Source: Candidatus Saccharimonadota bacterium
GTDB lineage: Bacteria; Patescibacteriota; Saccharimonadia; Saccharimonadales; UBA4665
DNA: 32,000 nucleotides
Assembly: GCA_963716945.1 (NCBI GenBank)
Contig: OY970322.1
Location: 300,001-332,000, forward strand
Direction: 5' to 3'
Positions 16,260 to 25,000 of this stretch are shown piece after piece. Positions within the stretch are counted from its first letter, which is position 1; every line of letters begins with the position of its first letter. The notes beneath the pieces were generated by a model. The model was not told the DNA's origin. It did not search any database and saw nothing but the letters and a program-made list of their open reading frames with translations. Made by a program: the position numbers and the translations under genes.

Positions 16260-19200
16260 GTCACGCACGTTGTCCCCACTAGTGTTGTAGCCGCTCCATT
16301 GAATGTAGTCCACATAACAGTTCTGCGCAGTAGTAGTACTGGTGACACAGGAAGCTTCTGGGCCTAAGTTGTGTGTAGTACCCGGGTCAAAGGTAGTGCT
16401 GGTGTTAAAAGTATTGCCGGTCCCACCAATGCTGTAAACAAAGGTGATGCTGTTAGTCGCATTCACATGAATCTCAACTTCTGCCCAGGTATTAACTGCT
16501 AATGTGGTGGCAGTAGCACAAGTTGACGAGGTGCCGTTACCATAGCAATACTGTAGGTTGCCGCCTGTGTACTGCCACCAGGCGCCGCTGACCGGCGCTG
16601 TAGCACTAGTTTGATTGGTCCAGCCTGCAATCATGGTTCCGGTTGCAGTACTAACGGCAATATTAGACTTAAACACATCCCCCGTGCCAATTACCTCATT
16701 AAGGGTTCCAGCACCGGCACCGGTACCGCCCTCTGTCATAACACAACCGTGGCTGGCGGCTGCGGCGTCTGTGGTCAGTCTAAGCGTGCCAGGATGGTCA
16801 TGGTGAACCCCTGGCCCGACACCACTGGTGTTTTGGTTATAGGATACGGTGCAAGTAGAGCCAGTGCCTGTAAGCTGTGTAACATTCCAGCCTAGAGCAC
16901 CTACACCAACTTGGCTACCTGCACCAGCTGAGCCACCGAGGAATTCGTCTTCGAAATTGTAGGAACTTTCGATTTCGTTGATGCCGCAGGTTTGCCAGAG
17001 GCCGTTGGCACCACAGCGGAAGAGGCCGGCGTCGGCGTCGTAGTACATGGCGCCGTCTTCTTCGGTTGGCTCGCCGTTGCCGCCGGTGACCGGCTGATAG
17101 TTATCCAGGTCTAGGACAATCGGGTTGCTGCCGTGCGGGCTGTTGCCGGCGCCAATAGTGACGTCCGCGCTAGTGGTGGCCAGTTCCTGGTCGCCGCTGG
17201 TGTCTTGGATAGTTACGTTGCCGGAGTTGGCGACGCTGAATAGTGAGTTACCTGAGCTGCCTTGGTCGACGCTGAAGAGGGTGGCTACGCTGTTGCCGGC
17301 GTCGCCTTGGACGTTTAGGGTGCCGCGGGTCGTGTCCAGCCTGATTTCTGGCGAGCCGGCCGAGGAGTCGGTGTAGGCTTGCTGCAGGGTAGGGGTGATG
17401 TTAATCAGGTCGTTCCAGGTCGGGGTGCTGCCTTGGCAACCGCGGAGCGTGTTGGTGCTGGTGTTGTAGACGATGGCACCGGCGGTACAGGTTACGGGGT
17501 CGCCGGCGCTTTGGCCGAACTTGACGACACTCGAACCGCTGACTTGTACGATGCTGGACCCCGAGGTCAGGATGAGGTTGGAACTGGTGCCGCTTTGCAA
17601 AGTTAGCGAACCGGCAGTTGTTTGCCACACCGAGCTGGCGTTAGCTGTCATGGTTATGCTAGCCCCGGTGCCGGCCAAGATGCTGATCGGTCCGCTGCCG
17701 CTACCGACGGCTGTAGTGCCGCTATCAACCGAAATAGTACCGGTTGAGGTGCCGTCGTTGTAGGACAGGCTGATGTAGTGCTGGCTGGCGGTACCATCAA
17801 AGACTTTGAGCTGGTCACCGGCTGTATCGACTGTCAGAACGCTGAGCGAACTGATATTGCGGATGTTCAGGGCGGTAGCGGAGTTGGCCGCGTTCTGGAT
17901 GATTACACCGCCGATTGAACCGGTACCGATGGCGCTCCCGGCCTGGAGGGTAATGTTGCCGCCATTGCTGTTGCCGCCGCTGCCATTGCCATTCCCGGCA
18001 GTAATCGAAACCCCGCCGCCGTTGCCGCCGACTCCGGTACTGCTACCGGCTGCCGCAGTTATGGACACGCCGCCGCCGGCCGACCCGGCCGAAGCTGCCG
18101 CCGCGCCCCCCTGGATAGTAACCGTGCCCCCGGCCCCGGCAGTCGTGCCGCCGGTCCCGGCCGTTCCGCCTTTAAGAGTCAGGGCGCCGCCGCTGCCGCC
18201 GGTCCCGCCGGTACTGGTGACCGCGCCGCCGGTCCCGCCTTGGATAGTTATAGCGCCGCCGGTCCCGGCAACCGTAGCTGCCGCGCCGCTGCCGGTTTCC
18301 GCACCGCCCGTACCGGCCGTGAAGGTAAGGCCGCCGCCTATGCCGCCGGCTGCTGCCGCCGCCGTACTGGCTGTTGCACCGCCGTTGCCAGCCGTGAAGC
18401 TGAAATTGCCACCACTACCGCCGGTATTTGCTCCGCTAGTACCGCTGGCAGCGCCGCCGGCCCCGGTCGTTAATGAGATACCCGAGCCGGTGCCCGCTGT
18501 TTGGCCGGTCGTGCCGCTACTGGCGCCGCCGGCCACACCGGTAACGGATAGGATCGTGGTCGCGTTGGTGCCGTTCCCGGCTACTGAGCCTGGAGCTGTA
18601 CCCTGGATAACAACTTGGCCGTTGGTGCCGGTAGCGCCCGGCGCGCCAAGTGTCAGGTTGATATTGCCGCCGGCCGCGTTGCCTTGACCGGCCCCGGAAG
18701 TGAAGGTCAAAGCGCCGCCGGCCGCATTGCCGGCTGTGCCGGCCCCGGCCGTCAGATTTACGGCCCCGCCGCTGCCAGATGTAGAACCGCCGGCCCCGGC
18801 TTGGAGCGACAGGGTACCGCCTGCGCCGCTCGCTCCGCCGCTGCCGCCCTGAACCGTGAAGTTGCCGCCGGCCCCCGAAGCAGTGCCATTACCAGTAGTG
18901 AGCGTGATGGCGCCGCCGTTAGCAGTACCGTTACCGCCGGCCCCGGCATTGCCGGCCGCCAAGCTTAACGTACCGCCGGCCCCGGCCGTACCGGTCGCAC
19001 TCGTGACATTGCCGCCGGCCCCGCCTTGCAGGGTAAAGGTGCCCCCGGCTCCGCCGACATTCGCGCCGCTGGCTCCGTTAGCCGCACCGCCGGTTCCTGA
19101 AGTTAGCGTGATGACCGAACCGGCCCCTGCTGTCTGGCCAGTCGTACCGGAAGTCGCACCGCCGGCGGCGCCCGCGACCGTAAAGGCGGCGTTAGCCCCG

Positions 19201-22200
19201 GTCCCGTTGCCAGCAACCGAACCCGGCGCCGTGCCGGCAACGGTTACCGATCCTGTTCCGGACTGAAGAGCGATATTACCGCTGGCGTTCTGGATACTAA
19301 TAGCTGTGGCGTTGGCGTTGCCGATGCTGACTTGGCCGGTACTGCTACCGCCGTTAATCGAGGTATTGGAGTTAATGTTGTTGTTGATGTTCACGCCGCT
19401 GAGGCCTTGGATGGTTGTTGTTCCCCCCGTCGCCGACGCTCCCGTACCGATCGTAACGTTAGTCGTCCCGGCCACGTTAGTGTTACCGATGCCGATGGTT
19501 TGGGTATTGCCGGTATTGACTGACGTGGTGCCGATTTGGATCGGTAGGGAACCGACGCTCGTACCGATGTTTATGCCGCCGGTTGAACCGCCCTGGATAC
19601 TGACGGCCGTGTTGGTATTGGTGTTACCGACGTTAACAGTATTGGCGACACTGGAGTTAGTCCCGACCGAGATCGTCCCGCCGCCGCCGGCCTGAATACT
19701 GACCGCCCCCGAACCGGTGCCGCCATTGATGGTCGTCGTACTGGTACTGCCTAAGAGATTGCCGATAGCCACGATGTCGGTCGAGCCGGCAGTGTTGTTA
19801 TTGCCGATACCGATCGTCTGGTTAACGACGTTGCCGGCCGGCCCGTTGCCGATCTGGATAGTATTGCCGCCTATATTGCCGGTGCCGATGTTAATACCGG
19901 CGCCGCCTTGGACATTGACTGTCGTACTGCCGCTGATACTGCCAACGTTGACCGTATTGGCGCTAGTCGTCCCGACGGCGATCGTCCCGCCGCCGCCGGC
20001 CTGAATACTGACCGCCCCCGAACCGGTGCCGCCATTGATGGTCGTCGTACTGCCGCTGTTGGCCGCCGAACCGATGCTGACTACCTGGGCCGTAGTCCCG
20101 TTGCCGGTGTCGGCAATATGGACGGTCGACCCGATAGTCGCCGAACCGACGGCGCCAATGTTGACCGTATTGGCAGTCGTCGTAGCGACATTAACGGTGC
20201 CCGAACTGCCGCCTTGGATGTTAATGGTTGGACTGATTGAATTACCCAAGGCCAGGGTGCCTTGCGATTGGATGGTCGTACTGCCCCCCGTCGCCGACGC
20301 TCCCGTACCGATCGTAACGTTAGTCGTCCCGGCCACGTTAGTGTTACCGATGCCGATGGTTTGGGTATTGCCGGTATTGACTGACGTGGTGCCGATTTGG
20401 ATCGTGTTAGCCACGGCGTTGGCGCCCACGTTAAGCGTACCGCTGGCAGCCGTCTGGAGCGTAAGCGTACCGACCGCCTGAACGGTCGTATTACCGGCTG
20501 TTGCCCCGGTGAAGGCGCCGATGGACACGTTAGTCGTCCCGGCCGCCGTAGTGTTACCGATGCCGATAGTCTGGGTATTGCCGGTATTGGTAGCCGTCGT
20601 ACCAAGCTGGATAGTGTTGGCTACGGCTGTCGTCCCGACGGCGATCGTCCCGCCGCTGCCGGCCTGAATACTGACCGCCCCCGAACCGGTGCCGCCATTG
20701 ATGGTCGTCGTACTGCCGCTGTTGGCCGCCGAACCGATGCTGACTACCTGGGCCGTAGTCCCGTTGCCGGTGTCGGCAATATGGACGGTCGACCCGATAG
20801 TCGCCGAACCGACGGCGCCAATGTTGACCGTATTGGCAGTCGTCGTAGCGACATTAACGGTGCCCGAACTGCCGCCTTGGATGTTAATGGTTGGACTGAT
20901 TGAATTACCCAAGGCCAGGGTGCCTTGCGATTGGATGGTCGTACTGCCCCCCGTCGCCGACGCTCCCGTACCGATCGTAACGTTAGTCGTCCCGGCCACG
21001 TTAGTGTTACCGATGCCGATGGTTTGGGTATTGCCGGTATTGACTGACGTGGTGCCGATTTGGATCGGTAGGGAACCGACGCTCGTACCGATGTTTATGC
21101 CGCCGGTTGAACCGCCCTGGATACTGACGGCCGTGTTGGTATTGGTGTTACCGACGTTAACAGTATTGGCGACACTGGAGTTAGTCCCGACCGAGATCGT
21201 CCCGCCGCCGCCGGCCTGAATACTGACCGCCCCCGAACCGGTGCCGCCATTGATGGTCGTCGTACTGGTACTGCCTAAGAGATTGCCGATAGCCACGATG
21301 TCGGTCGAGCCGGCAGTGTTGTTATTGCCGATACCGATCGTCTGGTTAACGACGTTGCCGGCCGGCCCGTTGCCGATCTGGATAGTATTGCCGCCTATAT
21401 TGCCGGTGCCGATGTTAATACCGGCGCCGCCTTGGACATTGACTGTCGTACTGCCGCTGATACTGCCAACGTTGACCGTATTGGCGCTAGTCGTCCCGAC
21501 GGCGATCGTCCCGCCGCCGCCGGCCTGAATACTGACCGCCCCCGAACCGGTGCCGCCATTGATGGTCGTCGTACTGCCGCTGTTGGCCGCCGAACCGATG
21601 CTGACTACCTGGGCCGTAGTCCCGTTGCCGGTGTCGGCAATATGGACGGTCGACCCGATAGTCGCCGAACCGACGGCGCCAATGTTGACCGTATTGGCAG
21701 TCGTCGTAGCGACATTAACGGTGCCCGAACTGCCGCCTTGGATGTTAATGGTTGGACTGATTGAATTACCCAAGGCCAGGGTGCCTTGCGATTGGATGGT
21801 CGTACTGCCCCCCGTCGCCGACGCTCCCGTACCGATCGTAACGTTAGTCGTCCCGGCCACGTTAGTGTTACCGATGCCGATGGTTTGGGTATTGCCGGTA
21901 TTGACTGACGTGGTGCCGATTTGGATCGTGTTAGCCACGGCGTTGGCGCCCACGTTAAGCGTACCGCTGGCAGCCGTCTGGAGCGTAAGCGTACCGACCG
22001 CCTGAACGGTCGTATTACCGGCTGTTGCCCCGGTGAAGGCGCCGATGGACACGTTAGTCGTCCCGGCCGCCGTAGTGTTACCGATGCCGATAGTCTGGGT
22101 ATTGCCGGTATTGGTAGCCGTCGTACCAAGCTGGATAGTGTTGGCTACGGCTGTCGTCCCGACGGCGATCGTCCCGCCGCTGCCGGCCTGAATACTGACC

Positions 22201-24692
22201 GCCCCCGAACCGGTGCCGCCATTGATGGTCGTCGTACTGCCGCTGTTGGCCGCCGAACCGATGCTGACTACCTGGGCCGTAGTCCCGTTGCCGGTGTCGG
22301 CAATATGGACGGTCGACCCGATAGTCGCCGAACCGACGGCGCCAATGTTGACCGTATTGGCAGTCGTCGTAGCGACATTAACGGTGCCCGAACTGCCGCC
22401 TTGGATGTTAATGGTTGGACTGATTGAATTACCCAAGGCCAGGGTGCCTTGCGATTGGATGGTCGTACTGCCCCCCGTCGCCGACGCTCCCGTACCGATC
22501 GTAACGTTAGTCGTCCCGGCCACGTTAGTGTTACCGATGCCGATGGTTTGGGTATTGCCGGTATTGACTGACGTGGTGCCGATTTGGATCGGTAGGGAAC
22601 CGACGCTCGTACCGATGTTTATGCCGCCGGTTGAACCGCCCTGGATACTGACGGCCGTGTTGGTATTGGTGTTACCGACGTTAACAGTATTGGCGACACT
22701 GGAGTTAGTCCCGACCGAGATCGTCCCGCCGCCGCCGGCCTGAATACTGACCGCCCCCGAACCGGTGCCGCCATTGATGGTCGTCGTACTGGTACTGCCT
22801 AAGAGATTGCCGATAGCCACGATGTCGGTCGAGCCGGCAGTGTTGTTATTGCCGATACCGATCGTCTGGTTAACGACGTTGCCGGCCGGCCCGTTGCCGA
22901 TCTGGATAGTATTGCCGCCTATATTGCCGGTGCCGATGTTAATACCGGCGCCGCCTTGGACATTGACTGTCGTACTGCCGCTGATACTGCCAACGTTGAC
23001 CGTATTGGCGCTAGTCGTCCCGACGGCGATCGTCCCGCCGCCGCCGGCCTGAATACTGACCGCCCCCGAACCGGTGCCGCCATTGATGGTCGTCGTACTG
23101 CCGCTGTTGGCCGCCGAACCGATGCTGACTACCTGGGCCGTAGTCCCGTTGCCGGTGTCGGCAATATGGACGGTCGACCCGATAGTCGCCGAACCGACGG
23201 CGCCAATGTTGACCGTATTGGCAGTCGTCGTAGCGACATTAACGGTGCCCGAACTGCCGCCTTGGATGTTAATGGTTGGACTGATTGAATTACCCAAGGC
23301 CAGGGTGCCTTGCGATTGGATGGTCGTACTGCCCCCCGTCGCCGACGCTCCCGTACCGATCGTAACGTTAGTCGTCCCGGCCACGTTAGTGTTACCGATG
23401 CCGATGGTTTGGGTATTGCCGGTATTGACTGACGTGGTGCCGATTTGGATCGTGTTAGCCACGGCGTTGGCGCCCACGTTAAGCGTACCGCTGGCAGCCG
23501 TCTGGAGCGTAAGCGTACCGACCGCCTGAACGGTCGTATTACCGGCTGTTGCCCCGGTGAAGGCGCCGATGGACACGTTAGTCGTCCCGGCCGCCGTAGT
23601 GTTACCGATGCCGATAGTCTGGGTATTGCCGGTATTGGTAGCCGTCGTACCAAGCTGGATAGTGTTGGCTACGGCTGTCGTCCCGACCGAGACGGTGCCG
23701 CTGGCAGCCGTTTGGATAGAAGTGCTGCTGTTGCTTGATCCGCCGATAGTTATACTGGATGCCGTAGTCGTGCCAATAGAGACAGTGCCATTTGTCCCCG
23801 AACCATTCTTAACCCCGGCATCAATCGTGATATTGCCGCCGTTGCCGTTAGTCCCGCCACCGGCTCCGCCTTGCAGCACCAGGTTGCCGCCGGCCAAAGC
23901 ACTCGCGCCGCTGCCGGCGGCCCCGGCCGATAACGTCAATGAATTCCCGCCGGCCCCCGAGCCGGCCCCCGTCACCGAAATCGTATGGTTGGCATTGTCC
24001 CCGAACGCTATATTGCCGGAGTTGTCGAGCACGAACGCGTCGTTGCCGCCGGACTGCAAGTCCAACAGGTTGCCGGTGCCGGTTTTGTTGATATAAATAC
24101 TGTTCGTGCCGGACGAGGCGTCGGTTTGCAAGCCCTGCGCTATTTGTACGAACTGCGAACTGGACAAGCCGCCCAGCAGGCCGGAGTTAAGCGCGTAGGG
24201 CGCCGAGGTGAACGGCTGCATCGGCGTCATTTCGCCGTCGGGGCTGCACGAAGCGAACGGCGTACACGAAGCGCCCGTGCCGGCGATGTTCATCGACAGC
24301 CACAGGGTGCTCTGGTTCCAGTTGATATTCGAGCCGAACGGTGTAATCGAACCCAGCTCGACCGACAGGTAGCCGTTGACGACCTTGACGCCGTGCCCGG
24401 CGGCGTTGAGGTAATCTTCCGTCCATTTCAGCGAACCGGCCGGCGAACCGGTCGTGTCGCCGACGCTCTGGCCGTCGCCGTCCTGGTAGACCTTGAACTC
24501 GATGTTGTAGTAGCCGTCCGGCACGGTGGCGCCGGCCGAGTTAAGCAGCCGCCCTTGGAAGTTTATTTCCTGGTTGATACCGGTGGCCGCGTGGGCGGGC
24601 TTAGCCGAGAAAAACGAATAAACAAAAAACACGCCTAAAAAGACGCTGCACAGCAGTACCCAACGGCTTATACGGCATAAACCTGTTTTCAT
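16257..24692 (-). CDS. Giant repetitive surface protein (2811 aa), adhesin/fibre-like
   Basis: One uninterrupted 8.4-kb ORF. N-terminal signal/anchor (WVLLCSVFLGVFFVYSFFSAKPAHA). N-terminal globular domain (INFQGRLLNSAGATVPDGYYNIEFKVYQDG...). About 1.4 kaa of xTxxIGxxxxNTGNTQTIGIGNT-type short repeats, beta-helix/beta-roll-like, organised as a 508-aa tandem unit. A Gly-rich GGxGG block (..GAGGNFTVQGGSGGASGAGGTLSLQAGAGG..). Two Cys-bracketed knob motifs, then a C-terminal beta-sandwich (lectin-like) domain. Confidence 0.85.
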   Translation of the reverse strand: MKTGLCRISRWVLLCSVFLGVFFVYSFFSAKPAHAATGINQEINFQGRLLNSAGATVPDGYYNIEFKVYQDGDGQSVGDTTGSPAGSLKWTEDYLNAAGHGVKVVNGYLSVELGSITPFGSNINWNQSTLWLSMNIAGTGASCTPFASCSPDGEMTPMQPFTSAPYALNSGLLGGLSSSQFVQIAQGLQTDASSGTNSIYINKTGTGNLLDLQSGGNDAFVLDNSGNIAFGDNANHTISVTGAGSGAGGNSLTLSAGAAGSGASALAGGNLVLQGGAGGGTNGNGGNITIDAGVKNGSGTNGTVSIGTTTASSITIGGSSNSSTSIQTAASGTVSVGTTAVANTIQLGTTATNTGNTQTIGIGNTTAAGTTNVSIGAFTGATAGNTTVQAVGTLTLQTAASGTLNVGANAVANTIQIGTTSVNTGNTQTIGIGNTNVAGTTNVTIGTGASATGGSTTIQSQGTLALGNSISPTINIQGGSSGTVNVATTTANTVNIGAVGSATIGSTVHIADTGNGTTAQVVSIGSAANSGSTTTINGGTGSGAVSIQAGGGGTIAVGTTSANTVNVGSISGSTTVNVQGGAGINIGTGNIGGNTIQIGNGPAGNVVNQTIGIGNNNTAGSTDIVAIGNLLGSTSTTTINGGTGSGAVSIQAGGGGTISVGTNSSVANTVNVGNTNTNTAVSIQGGSTGGINIGTSVGSLPIQIGTTSVNTGNTQTIGIGNTNVAGTTNVTIGTGASATGGSTTIQSQGTLALGNSISPTINIQGGSSGTVNVATTTANTVNIGAVGSATIGSTVHIADTGNGTTAQVVSIGSAANSGSTTTINGGTGSGAVSIQAGSGGTIAVGTTAVANTIQLGTTATNTGNTQTIGIGNTTAAGTTNVSIGAFTGATAGNTTVQAVGTLTLQTAASGTLNVGANAVANTIQIGTTSVNTGNTQTIGIGNTNVAGTTNVTIGTGASATGGSTTIQSQGTLALGNSISPTINIQGGSSGTVNVATTTANTVNIGAVGSATIGSTVHIADTGNGTTAQVVSIGSAANSGSTTTINGGTGSGAVSIQAGGGGTIAVGTTSANTVNVGSISGSTTVNVQGGAGINIGTGNIGGNTIQIGNGPAGNVVNQTIGIGNNNTAGSTDIVAIGNLLGSTSTTTINGGTGSGAVSIQAGGGGTISVGTNSSVANTVNVGNTNTNTAVSIQGGSTGGINIGTSVGSLPIQIGTTSVNTGNTQTIGIGNTNVAGTTNVTIGTGASATGGSTTIQSQGTLALGNSISPTINIQGGSSGTVNVATTTANTVNIGAVGSATIGSTVHIADTGNGTTAQVVSIGSAANSGSTTTINGGTGSGAVSIQAGSGGTIAVGTTAVANTIQLGTTATNTGNTQTIGIGNTTAAGTTNVSIGAFTGATAGNTTVQAVGTLTLQTAASGTLNVGANAVANTIQIGTTSVNTGNTQTIGIGNTNVAGTTNVTIGTGASATGGSTTIQSQGTLALGNSISPTINIQGGSSGTVNVATTTANTVNIGAVGSATIGSTVHIADTGNGTTAQVVSIGSAANSGSTTTINGGTGSGAVSIQAGGGGTIAVGTTSANTVNVGSISGSTTVNVQGGAGINIGTGNIGGNTIQIGNGPAGNVVNQTIGIGNNNTAGSTDIVAIGNLLGSTSTTTINGGTGSGAVSIQAGGGGTISVGTNSSVANTVNVGNTNTNTAVSIQGGSTGGINIGTSVGSLPIQIGTTSVNTGNTQTIGIGNTNVAGTTNVTIGTGASATGGTTTIQGLSGVNINNNINSNTSINGGSSTGQVSIGNANATAISIQNASGNIALQSGTGSVTVAGTAPGSVAGNGTGANAAFTVAGAAGGATSGTTGQTAGAGSVITLTSGTGGAANGASGANVGGAGGTFTLQGGAGGNVTSATGTAGAGGTLSLAAGNAGAGGNGTANGGAITLTTGNGTASGAGGNFTVQGGSGGASGAGGTLSLQAGAGGSTSGSGGAVNLTAGAGTAGNAAGGALTFTSGAGQGNAAGGNINLTLGAPGATGTNGQVVIQGTAPGSVAGNGTNATTILSVTGVAGGASSGTTGQTAGTGSGISLTTGAGGAASGTSGANTGGSGGNFSFTAGNGGATASTAAAAAGGIGGGLTFTAGTGGAETGSGAAATVAGTGGAITIQGGTGGAVTSTGGTGGSGGALTLKGGTAGTGGTTAGAGGTVTIQGGAAAASAGSAGGGVSITAAAGSSTGVGGNGGGVSITAGNGNGSGGNSNGGNITLQAGSAIGTGSIGGVIIQNAANSATALNIRNISSLSVLTVDTAGDQLKVFDGTASQHYISLSYNDGTSTGTISVDSGTTAVGSGSGPISILAGTGASITMTANASSVWQTTAGSLTLQSGTSSNLILTSGSSIVQVSGSSVVKFGQSAGDPVTCTAGAIVYNTSTNTLRGCQGSTPTWNDLINITPTLQQAYTDSSAGSPEIRLDTTRGTLNVQGDAGNSVATLFSVDQGSSGNSLFSVANSGNVTIQDTSGDQELATTSADVTIGAGNSPHGSNPIVLDLDNYQPVTGGNGEPTEEDGAMYYDADAGLFRCGANGLWQTCGINEIESSYNFEDEFLGGSAGAGSQVGVGALGWNVTQLTGTGSTCTVSYNQNTSGVGPGVHHDHPGTLRLTTDAAAASHGCVMTEGGTGAGAGTLNEVIGTGDVFKSNIAVSTATGTMIAGWTNQTSATAPVSGAWWQYTGGNLQYCYGNGTSSTCATATTLAVNTWAEVEIHVNATNSITFVYSIGGTGNTFNTSTTFDPGTTHNLGPEASCVTSTTTAQNCYVDYIQWSGYNTSGDNVRD
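19423..23687 (-). repeat. Perfect 1524-bp (508-codon) in-frame tandem repeat, about 2.8 copies, inside the giant gene
   Basis: The sequence at x equals the sequence at x+1524 from 19423 until it diverges after 23687. All six-frame ORF translations recur identically at +1524 (19717/21241/22765; 20026/21550/23074; 20689/22213). Within each unit a block of about 0.4 kb occurs twice, at 663/861-bp spacing (for example 20026 vs 20689). Confidence 0.9.
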
Positions 24693-24773
24693 GTTTTTGT
24701 ATCTGTTTTAGTGGTTTGTTAATGCCCAGAGATTTTTGTTTGCCTCACACGCGAGGTTTCTCTAAGTGTCTTT

Positions 24774-24802
24774 AGTATAAGCTTCATACCTGTTTTTGCC
24801 AA
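24774..24802 (-). promoter_or_regulatory. Sigma70-like promoter (TTGGCA-N17-TATACT) for the giant gene
   Basis: The minus strand reads TTGGCA aaaacaggtatgaagct TATACT. The predicted 5' UTR is about 75 nt, contains a cctc-gcgtgt-gagg hairpin and has no clear Shine-Dalgarno. Confidence 0.45.
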
Positions 24803-24845
24803 GTATTTTTTCAGATGTTTTAACAGGGGTAGGGTTTTTGGGCTT

Positions 24846-24916
24846 CCCAAAACCGGTTTTTGGGGCTGTTCCCACGGGCCGGGAGCAAGTCTCGCCGGAA
24901 CGGTAGGGAAGAGCCC
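24846..24916. other. GC-rich structured element (two adjacent hairpins) in an AT-rich divergent intergenic region
   Basis: Hairpin 1: cccaaaa (24846-24852) / ttttggg (24858-24864). Hairpin 2: gggctgttccc (24863-24873) pairs with gggaagagccc (24906-24916) with one mismatch and encloses an inner ccgggag-caagt-ctc(g)ccgg stem. It is not needed as a terminator, because the flanking genes diverge. Confidence 0.3.
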
Positions 24917-24968
24917 GCCGCAGTGATTTATTATCATACTTTCTCATGATCTTTTCATATCCCAAGTA

Positions 24969-24997
24969 TTGTAGGTATGAAAAAGCCATGATAGAAT
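24969..24997 (+). promoter_or_regulatory. Sigma70-like promoter (TTGTAG-N17-TGaTAGAAT) for the 25001 gene
   Basis: TTGTAG at 24969-24974, 17-nt spacer, TAGAAT at 24992-24997 preceded by TG. ATG 25001 is only 3 nt downstream and ATG 25007 is 9 nt downstream, so the transcript is leaderless or nearly so and the true start may be 25007. Confidence 0.4.
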
Positions 24998-25000
24998 TAA

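Noticed and set aside
19423-23687. Whether the regular tandem repeats could be a CRISPR array or a satellite.
   Set aside because: The units are 1524 bp, have no spacer/repeat alternation, and maintain one open reading frame continuous with the flanking coding sequence.
17806-24096. Many long plus-strand and alternative-frame ORFs inside the giant gene. Examples are the Pro/Val/Leu-rich 293-aa ORF at 17806-18687 and the repeated 95-176-aa ORFs at 19306-24096. There are also Arg-rich minus-frame ORFs of 174 aa.
   Set aside because: They are antisense or off-frame shadows of a GC-rich, stop-poor repetitive coding region. Their low-complexity Pro/Arg-rich composition is the mirror of the Gly/Thr/Ala codons. 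They repeat only because the underlying 1524-bp unit repeats, and none has a plausible start context.
24826-24925. Possible tRNA or other canonical RNA gene in the GC-rich intergenic core.
   Set aside because: I could not fold a cloverleaf. There is no GTTCRA T-loop with flanking 5-bp stems and no acceptor-stem pairing. It is kept only as an unclassified structured element.
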